Assembly: GCA_965240325.2 (NCBI GenBank)
Contig: OZ251244.1
Coordinates: 806,001 to 870,000, forward strand
Direction of reading: 5' to 3'
Origin: Rebecca billardiae RCC1528
Taxonomy: Eukaryota; Protista; Haptophyta
DNA length: 64,000 bases
The position numbers were made by a program, and so were the translations under genes. Below, one piece after another: positions 22,347 to 32,367 of the stretch. The notes under the pieces are model-generated. The model was not told the DNA's origin. It was given only the letters and a program-made list of their open reading frames with translations, and did no database searches. Each line of letters starts with the position of its first letter. Within the stretch, counting starts at the first letter, position 1.

Positions 22347-24449
22347 ATGGCCGTCGTCGCGACGATGACGATGCTTCGCTGCTTGGTCGGCATGGTCGGC
22401 TGGGAGTGCGGCGCGATCGCGCCCGTGCGGAGGCGTCTGCGCGTGGCCGCGCCGGGCCGCCTGCTTGCGCGCAGCGTGGCCGCGGGCTCGCCGTCGCGGG
22501 CCGGTGACGCGCGCGCGAGCAGCGCGCGCCAAATCAACCACCTGCTCGTGCGCGCGGATGGCACGGAGCGCATCCTCAGCCTGTGCGCCGAGCACGCGCA
22601 CGAGCTGAGCATGGTGAACGAGGCGACCGCAATCTCGCGCATCGGCCGCACGCGCACGCCGCCAAGCCGCGAGCTGTGCGCCGACCCTCGCTTCCGCGCG
22701 CTGCTCGCGAGCGTCGAGCTGCGCATCGCCGGCGCGGCGGCGGACGGCGACGTGTACGGCCCTCGAGAGCTGGCGAACATGGCGCACGGCCTCGCGAAGC
22801 GGCGGCCCGGCGAGAGTGGGTCGGAGCGCACGCTGCGCACGATCGTGCGCGCGGCCGAGCCGCGCGTCGGCGACTGCAACGCGCAGGAGCTCGCCAACAT
22901 CGCGTGGGCGTGCGCCACCGCTGGCGTCGACGCGCCCGAGCTGTTCGCGAGCATCGCGCAAGCGGCCGAGGCGCGCATCGGCGAGTTCAAGGCGCAGGAG
23001 CTGGCCAACACGGCGTGGGCGTACGCAACGGCGGGCGTCGACGCGCCCGAGCTGTTCGCGAGCATCGCGCAAGCGGCCGAGGCGCGCATCGGCGAGTTCA
23101 AGGCGCAGGAGCTGTCCAACATGGCGTGGGCGTACGCAACGGCCGGCGCCGCCGCGCCACGGCTGTATGGCGCGATCGCGCGGGCAGCGATGGCGCAGCT
23201 CGCGCAGTTGAACACGCAGGCGATCACCAACCTGGCTTGGGCGTACGCCAGGGCAGGGGTCGACGCCACGCCGCTCTACGCGGCCCTCGCGCACCGGGCG
23301 GAGGGCTGCATCGACGAGTTTGATTCCAAGGGAATCGCCAACGTCGCGTGGGCGTTTGCGACCGCGGGCGCGCGCGCCCCCTCGCTCTACGCCGCGCTCG
23401 CGCGCGCGGCGGAGGCGCGGCTGGCGCACTTCACGAGCCAGGCGATGGCGAACGTGGCGTGGGCGTACGCCACCGCGGGCGTCTTCGCCCCGCGCCTGTA
23501 CGACGCGATCGCGCGCCACGCCGAGGCCCGGATGCGCGAGTTCAACGCGCACGAGCTCAAGAACACCGCGTGGGCGTTTGCGACCGCGCGGATGGACGCG
23601 CCGCGGCTCTTCGACGCACTCGCTCGGGAGAGCGAGGCGCGCATCGGCGAGTTCACGGCGCACGACCTGGCCACCACGGCCTGGGCGTACGCCACCGCCG
23701 GCGTCGACGCGCCGCGCCTCTTTGACGCGATCGCGCGCGCGAGCGAGGCGCGCCTCCCGACCCTCGGCGGGTGGCACCTCGCAAATTTGGCGTGGGCCAT
23801 CGCGCTGGCCGGGCAGCATCACGCGCACCTGGAGCTGCTGCTCGCGCTGAGCGAGCGGCACGTGCGCACGGTGCTCGCGCCGCACGCGGCGCTCGCGGCC
23901 GCGCGCGAGCGGCACGCCTCCGAGCGGCACGCGATCGCGCTCGCGCTGCTCACCGCGCGCAGCGACGCGCGTCTGCCATCGGACGCGCCCGCGCGCGCGC
24001 GCCTCGACTCGTTGCTGGCGGCGTGCCTGGCCGGCGACGCGCTTGGCGGCGGCGGCGGTGCGGGCGGGCCGGCGCGCACGCTGCCGTCGCACGCGCAGCG
24101 CGCGCTCTCCGCCGCGCTGCGCGCGCGCGGCTGGGCGCACGAGGAGGAGGTGCGCATCGGCGAGGGCGGGCTGCTCGTCGTGGACATGGCGTGCGCCGCG
24201 TCCAAGGTGGTTGTGGAGTACGACGGGCCGTCCCACTTTGTGACCGACCCGGCGACGGGCGCGGTGCGGCTAGACGGCAGCAGCAGCTGGAAGGCGCGAG
24301 TGCTCGAGTCGCTCGGCTGGCGCGTGCTGCGCGTGCCGTACACGCGGTACAACGTCCTCGCCGCTGGTCCGGACGCCCACGAGCAGAGGGAGAGGCTGGT
24401 GGACGAGATCGCAGCCCAGCTACTGGTGGCATCCGCGCGGGCGGACTGA
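22347..24449 (+). CDS. Helical-repeat (37-aa HPR/OPR-like) RNA-binding protein with C-terminal RAP domain, intronless
   Basis: About 9 repeats of the form FKAQELANTAWAYATAGVDAPELFASIAQAAEARIGE (37 aa) and a RAP domain (VVDMACAASKVVVEYDGPSHF...KARVLESLGWRVLRVPY). Confidence 0.92.
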   Translation: MAVVATMTMLRCLVGMVGWECGAIAPVRRRLRVAAPGRLLARSVAAGSPSRAGDARASSARQINHLLVRADGTERILSLCAEHAHELSMVNEATAISRIGRTRTPPSRELCADPRFRALLASVELRIAGAAADGDVYGPRELANMAHGLAKRRPGESGSERTLRTIVRAAEPRVGDCNAQELANIAWACATAGVDAPELFASIAQAAEARIGEFKAQELANTAWAYATAGVDAPELFASIAQAAEARIGEFKAQELSNMAWAYATAGAAAPRLYGAIARAAMAQLAQLNTQAITNLAWAYARAGVDATPLYAALAHRAEGCIDEFDSKGIANVAWAFATAGARAPSLYAALARAAEARLAHFTSQAMANVAWAYATAGVFAPRLYDAIARHAEARMREFNAHELKNTAWAFATARMDAPRLFDALARESEARIGEFTAHDLATTAWAYATAGVDAPRLFDAIARASEARLPTLGGWHLANLAWAIALAGQHHAHLELLLALSERHVRTVLAPHAALAAARERHASERHAIALALLTARSDARLPSDAPARARLDSLLAACLAGDALGGGGGAGGPARTLPSHAQRALSAALRARGWAHEEEVRIGEGGLLVVDMACAASKVVVEYDGPSHFVTDPATGAVRLDGSSSWKARVLESLGWRVLRVPYTRYNVLAAGPDAHEQRERLVDEIAAQLLVASARAD

Positions 24450-25427
24450 CCGGATGTCTTCGGATGGCGGCTGCTGGTCGATTTACTGCGCTGCTATGAC
24501 GACCGGTTCCGCGGCTGCGGGGCTTTCTGCGGTGTATCGTCAAGGGAGATCGAGCAGCATGAGCAGTGCTGCGCGCGCTGCCACCGGACAGCCACCCGCC
24601 AGAGTCCGCGGTCGGGCCGGGCGGCCCGCCGGCCGTGCCGGTCGCCCGGGGCGCCGCCGACGCTGATGGGGGCAGATGGGTGGCTGCCCGCCGCCGGAGT
24701 CACGCGGGCAGCAGCACTAGCAGGCGCAGCGCGGAGGCACTCCCCGATGCACTCAGCTCTGGCCAGTGCCGGTCGGCAGCCTGTCCAGTGATAGTCGGCG
24801 AGTCATAGTCGGAACTGGCGCAGGCCGTAGTAGTTAGTACTCATACTGTTAAGCTGAGTGCCTAACAGCCTAAGGCTGCTACTAGTACTACACTGATGAT
24901 GTAACACGCGCGCGGACACGGTGTGTAAGCGGCCGGTATATATAGGCGGTCGTATACGCCGCTAGTCGTCGTTATATCAAGTTCGTTGACTAATGAAACG
25001 ACAAACGTTCAAGTAAGTCACGGGCGGCCGCGGGCGCCGCGGCCCGCCCGGCCACTCAGAGCCCGTCGGCGCGCGGTCCGGGCCGGCGTCGGGTCCGGTA
25101 CGGACCGAGTCAGGACTGACTCGGACAGCACCGTCTAAGTGACAGTTAGTGTGAGTCTACAGTAGTGTCGCCAGCGGCGCCGCGCCGTCGGCGCTGACGG
25201 CTCGGAGTCGGGTACTACTACTATACGCCTCGCCCTCGAGGGCGTCAAGGTGGACCTCACCCAAGCGGCTGTCGCCCCCTGAATCGGCCTCTCCCATCTC
25301 CGCCCCGTGCGGAGGTCGCGGCCCGGCGGCGCGCGCGTCCCGGCGGTACACGACCGCTCCTGTCTGACTGACCGGGCCGCGCCAACGGCCCGCGCTCGGG
25401 GCGGCCCGCGGGGCGGCAGCCGCCCGC

Positions 25428-25545
25428 TTATTAATTTCTGCAATAATATAATATATATATTATATTAAATGCGCGCGAAACAAATCCGTCCGAATAAATA
25501 TTATATTATTATTATTATATTATAAATGAATAAATAATAGTAGTG
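25428..25545. repeat. AT-rich low-complexity tract
   Basis: TA/TTA-rich sequence (AATAATATAATATATATATTATATT; TATTATTATTATTAT) in an otherwise very GC-rich background. Confidence 0.8.
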
Positions 25546-25736
25546 TCGTTTTATTTCTTCTACTGCGACGATTTCACGGTACGGGCGACCACTCGGACCT
25601 GGCGCAGTCAGGAACAAGCTATGACTCAGTAGGAGAGAGCCGCCGAAGCGGCCAGTCTTTATGTCTGATGTCACATGCTGATGAAGATTGAAGGGTGCCG
25701 GGCTCGGACCCGAGGCGGCCTCAGCCACTTTTTAAC

Positions 25737-26464
25737 TTAGAGCTCGTCCGCAGACTTCTTCGCCGGGACCTTGTCACCTGTGCATGGCGGGCAGTGCCGA
25801 ACAGCGAGTTGCAACGCAGTCGGTAAGCTTGCCGCCACGGCGCGCGTGTGTGCTGCAGGGGGCCGCACTATGGGGCGCGTGTGGGACGGCGCATGGCGCA
25901 CCCTTGATCTTCTTGATCTCCATCGTGAAGACGAGAACATCGCCGCCGCCGATCTTGGGCGGGCGACCACGGTCCCCATAGCCGAGGTCCGATGGAATGA
26001 ACATCTCCCACTTGTCACCCTCGACCATCAGCTGCATCGCCTCGGTCCAGCCTGCCGCCGTGGCATGGGCGTCGCACAGGCGCAGGCGGCGTCGCAACAG
26101 GGGTGAGGCGGAGGGGCTGTGCAGGGGGATGCGGACGCGCGGAGCGCGCACCCTTGATGACCTGGTTCGGCGCAAATGTAGCCGGCGTGCCACGATCGTA
26201 CGAGCTGTCGAACTTCGGGCCGTCCGGGTAGTTCTGTGCGGTACGACCCTCGTACATGCACTCGCACGGCGAGCCCACCGTGGGGTGCGAATCGCCGTCG
26301 CCCTTGCGCAGCACTCGGTATTGCAGGCCCGAGGACAACGTGATCACGCCCTCTTTGGCGGCGTTCTCCTCGAGGAATTTGATTCCAAACTCGTTTGATG
26401 CACGCGCCTCGCTTGCGAGGCCGACGAGCACGAACGCAATGACGGCGGCGGTAGTGCGCGCCAT
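25737..26464 (-). CDS. FKBP-type peptidyl-prolyl isomerase, secretory/ER (copy 1), 3 exons
   Basis: Signal peptide, FLEENAAKEGVITLSSGLQYRVL, KFDSSYDRG, APNQVIKG|WTEAMQLMVEGDKWEMFIPSDLGYG; ends KKSADEL*. Confidence 0.95.
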
Positions 26465-26506
26465 GTTCCTTTAGCCGCGATGGCGCGCGCGCGGTCGCGA
26501 ACGAAA

Positions 26507-28046
26507 TTCATGCTCGGAAGTCCCACAGCGGGACTTCTCCGGGCCTGCGGTACTCGCCAGTGAAAACCTCCCGCGCCCCTCGAGATCATACGGAGTTGGC
26601 GGCGAGATCGCGCTCTTGCGGCGGGCGGCGGGCGGGCGGGAGCGCGCGCCGGCGCTCGCTCGCGCGCTCGCTGCCCGCAGCGCGCGCGTCAGGTCGTCGC
26701 GAGCGCTTGCGCACCGGCGCTAGGGCGCGTGCCACCTGCGCACGCCGCTGGTTCGCGCCTGCGCGCTGCTCCGCCGCTGCGGCGCTTGCGAGCGCTCGCG
26801 GTGTCCTGCGCTGGTTCCGGGCCGCGTCGAAAGCCTGGTTGTGCGGCCAGCCAAGTGTGGCGTTTGCGGCTTGGCGCGCGAGCGCGCGACGCAGCGGATG
26901 GCGCGTGTGAGCCGTCCAGCCAGCGTCACTCGCCTCGTGCGCCGCGTGCCGACCGCGAGACCCAGATTCGACGCCGAGCGCTGCTCGGTCACGGTGAGAC
27001 GGGTCGGCGCTCCGCATCGCAGAGCCGCGCGTGGTCGCGCAGAAGAGGCCGCGCGTGGCCGGCGCGGCCGCTGTGTGCCGTGGTCTAGACTTCAATCGCG
27101 TCCTCAGTTGCTTGCCTCGCCCAAGCGGTCACGCCGCACTCACGAGTGGGCGACTTGACCTGACTCTGCGTGCCGGGCCGTATCTCGTGCCGCCAGCAGT
27201 GGGCTCGAACAAATCCATCCTACTCCATTGGTAGACGGCTTCAAGAACTCGATGGTTATGGTCTGGTAGCGCGCTGATGACACGTGCACGATCTCCGTGA
27301 GCGCAGCTCTTCCACGCAAGGGCTTATGTGGCTACGATCGGTGACGGCGTGACCTCGAGACACCTTCCGGAATCCACCTCACGTGTCACGCGCTGTGTAC
27401 GGGCAGAAGATGAGTGACCGCTTGGGCGAGGCAAGCGTTCTCACCTACTGCGGACGCAATTGACGTCTAGACCACGGCACACAGCGGCCGCGCCGGCCAC
27501 GCGCGGCCTCTTCTGCGCGACCACGCGCGGCTCTGCGATGCGGAGCGCCGACCCGTCTCACCGTGACCGAGCAGCGCTCGGCGTCGAATCTGGGTCTCGC
27601 GGTCGGCACGCGGCGCACGAGGCGAGTGACGCTGGCTGGACGGCTCACACGCGCCATCCGCTGCGTCGCGCGCTCGCGCGCCAAGCCGCAAACGCCACAC
27701 TTGGCTGGCCGCACAACCAGGCTTTCGACGCGGCCCGGAACCAGCGCAGGACACGGCGAGCGCTCGCAAGCGCCGCAGCGGCGGAGCAGAGCGCGCAGGC
27801 GCGAACCAGCGGCGTGCGCAGGTGGCACGCGCCCTAGCGCCGGTGCGCAAGCGCTCGCGACGACCTGACGCGCGCGCTGCGGGCAGCGAGCGCGCGAGCG
27901 AGCGCCGGCGCGCGCTCCCGCCCGCCGCCCGCCGCAAGAGCGCGATCTCGCCGCCAACTCCGTATGATCTCGAGGGGCGCGGGAGGTTTTCACTGGCGAG
28001 TACCGCAGGCCCGGAGAAGTCCCGCTGTGGGACTTCCGAGCATGAA
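26507..28046. mobile_element. Foldback element: ~630-bp near-perfect inverted arms (26507-27132 and 27414-28046) around a ~280-bp spacer
   Basis: Arms are reverse complements (TTCATGCTCGGAAGTCCCACAGCGGG... / ...CCCGCTGTGGGACTTCCGAGCATGAA); the ORF track shows the same peptides on opposite strands (26560+ vs 27445-). Confidence 0.9.
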
Positions 28047-28098
28047 AATGTTGATGATGGACGAAACCGAGCCGCGTATTTGTAAGCCCCTTGTTTCA

Positions 28099-29018
28099 GG
28101 CCTGTTTTATTTCTACCTGATTCCATTTACTATGTCACGGCGACAAACCCGTGCCCGCCAGTGGGAATCGGTGTCACGCCCCGCTCGGGGACGCAAAGGC
28201 TCCGGCGGGAAGCCGAGACGCACGACTCCGAGGGTCACGCTGCACTCAGCGAGGAGTGCTGAGTGCAGCGATCTAGCTCCGGTGTCGCCGCTCGCAGCCG
28301 TTGAGGAGGAGTTGCGTCCCCGAGCAAGGCACCATGGGTCATCCCAGAACTCTCCGCGCGCTCGCGCCTGCGCCGCGAGCGCTTGATGCAGGCTTGTTCT
28401 CATCAATTTGGCCAAGACCGCAGCCTGCCAGATGCGCGAAGACGCGTGCATACGCCTTTCGGCGTGTCATGGGTGCGTGTGGCACGCATCGTGTCGTAGT
28501 CTACGCCGAGGAGGCGTGACAATCCGGCCAGCCGACCTGCCGCGATCACGTTCAAATGCAGGCGGCAGGCTGCATGCGAGCACACGCAACGGAAGCATCT
28601 CAAGCTCGACAAGGTAGTGGCGGCGGAGCGTGTAGAGATGGTTTCGATGGCAGACTAGCTTTCTATCAACCGGTCTTGGTCGTCACATGGCACGGGCTAA
28701 ACGCAGCCAGCACAAAGTGCTTGCAGCTTGCAGCGGGCCCGCCGCTGCCGCCTTCACGCCGCGGCTCGCCGTCGCGCACGTGCGCCGCAAGTTACCCCTG
28801 TGTCAAGGCGAACGGCACCTCGGCAAGTGGAAGCAGCATGTCTTGGCAACGTCTTTCGCCACAGCTCAGCGTCTGAGTACGAGGATGTGCCAACGACGTG
28901 CCGCGGGGCCGCCACTACTCTGCACCACCGCCGGCACCCGCACCAGTGGGCTGAAGCCGCCATTTTACCGCGTTTTGGCTGATGTCGCCGTTGGGCTCTC
29001 GTAGAATTGAAACAGGCC
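28099..29018. mobile_element. Non-autonomous TIR element with 4-bp TTCA flanking duplication
   Basis: TTCA|GGCCTGTTTTATTTCTAC ... GTAGAATTGAAACAGGCC|TTCA (18-bp TIR, 2 mismatches). Confidence 0.7.
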
Positions 29019-29166
29019 TTCAACATTACATTACGTCTTGTGCCCTTATTCCGGCTTCCGGCCGCCTTCCGCGGACGACTGTGACTCGGGATCATATGAC
29101 TATCACTATGCGTGCCGATGGCCGGCGCCGTGGCGCAGTGCGACACCGACACGGATCACGCGACAA

Positions 29167-30188
29167 TCACAGCTCGTCCTTCTTGCCATCGGTGATCATC
29201 TTCTGCAGCAGCTTGGCGCGCAGCAGCATCCACGACGCCTTGTCCGCCTTGATCTTGGACGTGCCCGAGATCCGCTGCAGCCGCTCGAGCTCCTGGGCGC
29301 GCTCCTCGTCCGTCTTTGCGCGCATCTTCTCCACATACTCACGCTCCTAAACGCGCGCGCGCGCGTGGAGGGAGGGGAGGGGGGGGGGGAGCCGAGCGCA
29401 TGCGAGTCAGCCTCGGCACTCCGCCTCGCACGCTCAAGCCGCCGTGCGCTCGGCGTGCGCACCCGGTCTGTACAGCCGTCGAGCGAGGCGACGTCGCAGC
29501 GGCTGGCAGGCTTGGTACCCCCTGCGCACGTGCGTCAGCCGCGCGCGGCGCGTCAGCCGACAGCCCGCCGTTCCGCACGCACGGCCACGCCGCAGGCGCA
29601 GGCCACGGCGGCCACGCACGCGCGGGCGCACCCTTGATGCTCATAATCTCCATCGTAAAGATGAGGGCATCGCCGCCGCCGATATTGGGCGGACTGCCCC
29701 TGTCGCCGTAGCCGAGGTCCGATGGAATGAACATCTCCCACTTGTCACCCTCGACCATCAGCTGCATCGCCTCGGTCCAGCCTGCCGCCGTGACGAGGGC
29801 GTCGCACAGGCGCAGGCGGCGTCGCAACAGGGGTGAGGCGGAGGGGCTGTGCAGGGGGAGGCGGACGCGCGGAGCGCGCACCCTTGATGACCTGGTTCGG
29901 CGCGAATGTTGTTGGATCGCCACGATCGTACGAGCTGTCGAACTTCGGGCCGTCCGGGTAGTTCTGTGCGGTACGGCCCTCGTAGTGGCACTCGCACGGT
30001 GAGTTCGCCAGGGGGTGAGCGTCGCCGTGGCCGCGGCGCAGCACGCGGTACTGCAGGCCCGACGGCAGCGTGATCACGCCCTCTTTGGCGGCGTTCTCCT
30101 CGAGGAACTTGGTTCCAAACTCGTTGGTGGCCAGCACCCCGCCGATGGCGGCGAGGAAGAGCGACCAGCGCGCAGCGGCGGTCCCCAT
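29167..30188 (-). CDS. FKBP-type PPIase, ER (copy 2), 4 exons, with C-terminal helical extension
   Basis: Same FKBP motifs as copy 1; extra exons encode CDVASLDGCTDR|EREYVEKMRAK...WMLLRAKLLQKMITDGKKDEL*. Confidence 0.93.
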
Positions 30189-30697
30189 GCTGATTGCTGG
30201 TCTCGATCGGCGGCCGATGGCGGGCCTTCGCTCACAGCGCTTGCCACGTCAGCGCTGCGCCAACAGGCTGAGCTGTGCCGAGCAGGGCGCCAAAAAAGGC
30301 GCGCAGCATTGACGCACGACCATCCGTGGCCCGTTGCTGACTTGCTGCTGCATGTACGCAGCGGCCCTACTGACTGCTCGCGGCATCGCGCGCACAATCG
30401 ACCAATGCCACGCCGGTGCCAGTAGCGGCATGACGCATGCCAGTTGAGTTGCTCTGCCCAGCCAGGGCTGCGGGCCCCCGGCGCCGTCCCCGGGGCACGG
30501 GTGCTCTCACTCATGTCTCAATCTCATCACGGACTCCGCGCGGGCCGTGCCGCGCGGGTCTTCGACATCAATATATTCGGCCGCAACTGCAAGCGCCGGT
30601 GCACCACGCGGTCCGCCCGTGCGTCTTGCACGCGGAGGCACATGGAGTGCGGGCATCAGCGCCAACGGCGCAGGTCGCGCGCGCGATCGACGCCGGA

Positions 30698-31942
30698 TCA
30701 CAGCTCCTCCTTCAGCTTCGCGCTCGCCGCCGCCGCCATCTTCCGTAGCAGTATCGTGCGCCTCAGCATCCAAGCCGCCTTCTCCGCCTTCATCTCAGGC
30801 GTGTCGACGAGCGTTCGCTGCAGCCGCTCTAGCTCGTCGTTGCGCTCCGCCTCCGTCTTTGCGCGCATCTCCTCGAGGTAGCCGCGCTCCTGCGGGCGGA
30901 ATGCGGGCGTGGTGGCGCCGATCGAGCGCGGGAGCAGGCAGGCGGGTGGGTCAGTCAGTGAGTCAGTCAGTCAGTCAGCGGGTGTGCACCGTCCAGCAGC
31001 GGTGGGGCATGCGTGCCTGGCGTGGGCCCTGGGCACAGCCCCATGCATGGCCGGTCGCCATGCCTGCCGAGAGAGGGGCTCCACGCGCGGGACTGCAGTC
31101 GCGCATTGTGGGTGGGTGGGCGGGTGAGTGCTCGTCGCTCACCTGCTCTGTGCACCCGTCCAGCGAGCCGACGTCGCACTCCGAAATGAGCGTCTTGTTG
31201 GGCCCTGCACACGCGCGTTAGGCGCCAGCAGGGCGCGTGAGCGCTCGATGGGCACGCCACGCGCTCGCCGCATCCGGGCTGCAGCACGGCCGCGCGTGCG
31301 CGGAGGGGCAGCTGGCGGGTCCGTCCGTCAGCCGGGCACTCACCCTTGATCTGAACAATCTCGAGTGTGATCACGACGGCGTCTCCCGGCTGGATCTTGG
31401 GCGGGGCGCCGCCCGCGCCGTAGCCGAGCTCGGCTGGGATGAAGAACTCCCATTTGTCGCCCTCGACCATCATCATCATGGCATCCTTCCAGCCTGGCCT
31501 CGGCAGGCCGAGAGCCAGGCCACAGGGTGAGGCAGGCATGGACGTGAGGCCAAGCGGCGGCGCGTGCCAGGCGGCGCCGCGCGCGGCAGGGCGCTGGGGG
31601 GCGGCTGTGAGAGCACGCACCTGGGATGGCATCTTTGGGTGCAAAGCTATCCGTTGCACCGCGATCATACGAGCTCTCAAACTTCGGCCCGTCCGGGTAG
31701 TTCTGCGCAGTGCGGCCCTCGTAGTGGCAAGCGCACGACGTCTCGAACTTTGGATGCGCGTCGCCGAGGCCGCGGCGTAGGATGCGGTACTGCAGCCCGG
31801 AGGGCAGCGTGATCACGCCCTCCTTGTCAGCATTCTGACTCAGGAACTTCTTCCCGTACGCGTTAGTCGCCGCTAGCGCCCCGCCAAGGGCGGCGAGGCA
31901 GAGCCACCAGCGTGCAGCTGCGACCGTGAACAGCGCCATCAT
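30698..31942 (-). CDS. FKBP-type PPIase, ER (copy 3), 4 exons, divergent
   Basis: GLQYRILRRG, KFESSYDRG, APKDAIPG|WKDAMMMMVEGDKWEFFIPAELGYG, CDVGSLDGCTEQ; ends AKLKEEL*. Confidence 0.93.
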
Positions 31943-32367
31943 GCGGTATCGTATCGACACGTCAAGCGCTTGACGTCCCGTCTGGCCGGGCAGCTTCCGG
32001 CCGCCCGGGCGGTTGTCCCGGGCCGCATTTCATATATTATTGCTGCTGCGCATTATTTTTTCATCGTCATCGCATCGCATCATCAGACTAGGGACACAGT
32101 CGCGGTAGTGTGCCAGTGAGCAGTGCAGACCGCCGTCATCAGCATCAGTACGGCCAGCCGCGCGTGTGGATGATGCTGATTGCTGACGGGCACGGCCCGG
32201 CAGCCAGGCCGTGCCACTGCCACACTGTGGCGCGGGCAGGCGTCGGACTCGACGGCGCCGGCACGCGTGCCACGTCGCGGCCGCGGATGGCGGCGCACGT
32301 AGCCGATGTCGTGGGAGTACCTCCCCAGCCGTCTCGTCAGGGCGCTGACTCGAAGCGATCCTGCGTC

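Noticed and set aside
22323-24236. Long antisense and alternate-frame ORFs (also 671-2335, 9035-10225, 47495-49024, 56418-57626, 62622-63968 and many Arg/Ala-rich ORFs)
   Set aside because: Shadow ORFs expected at very high GC; they overlap well-supported genes and lack domain motifs.
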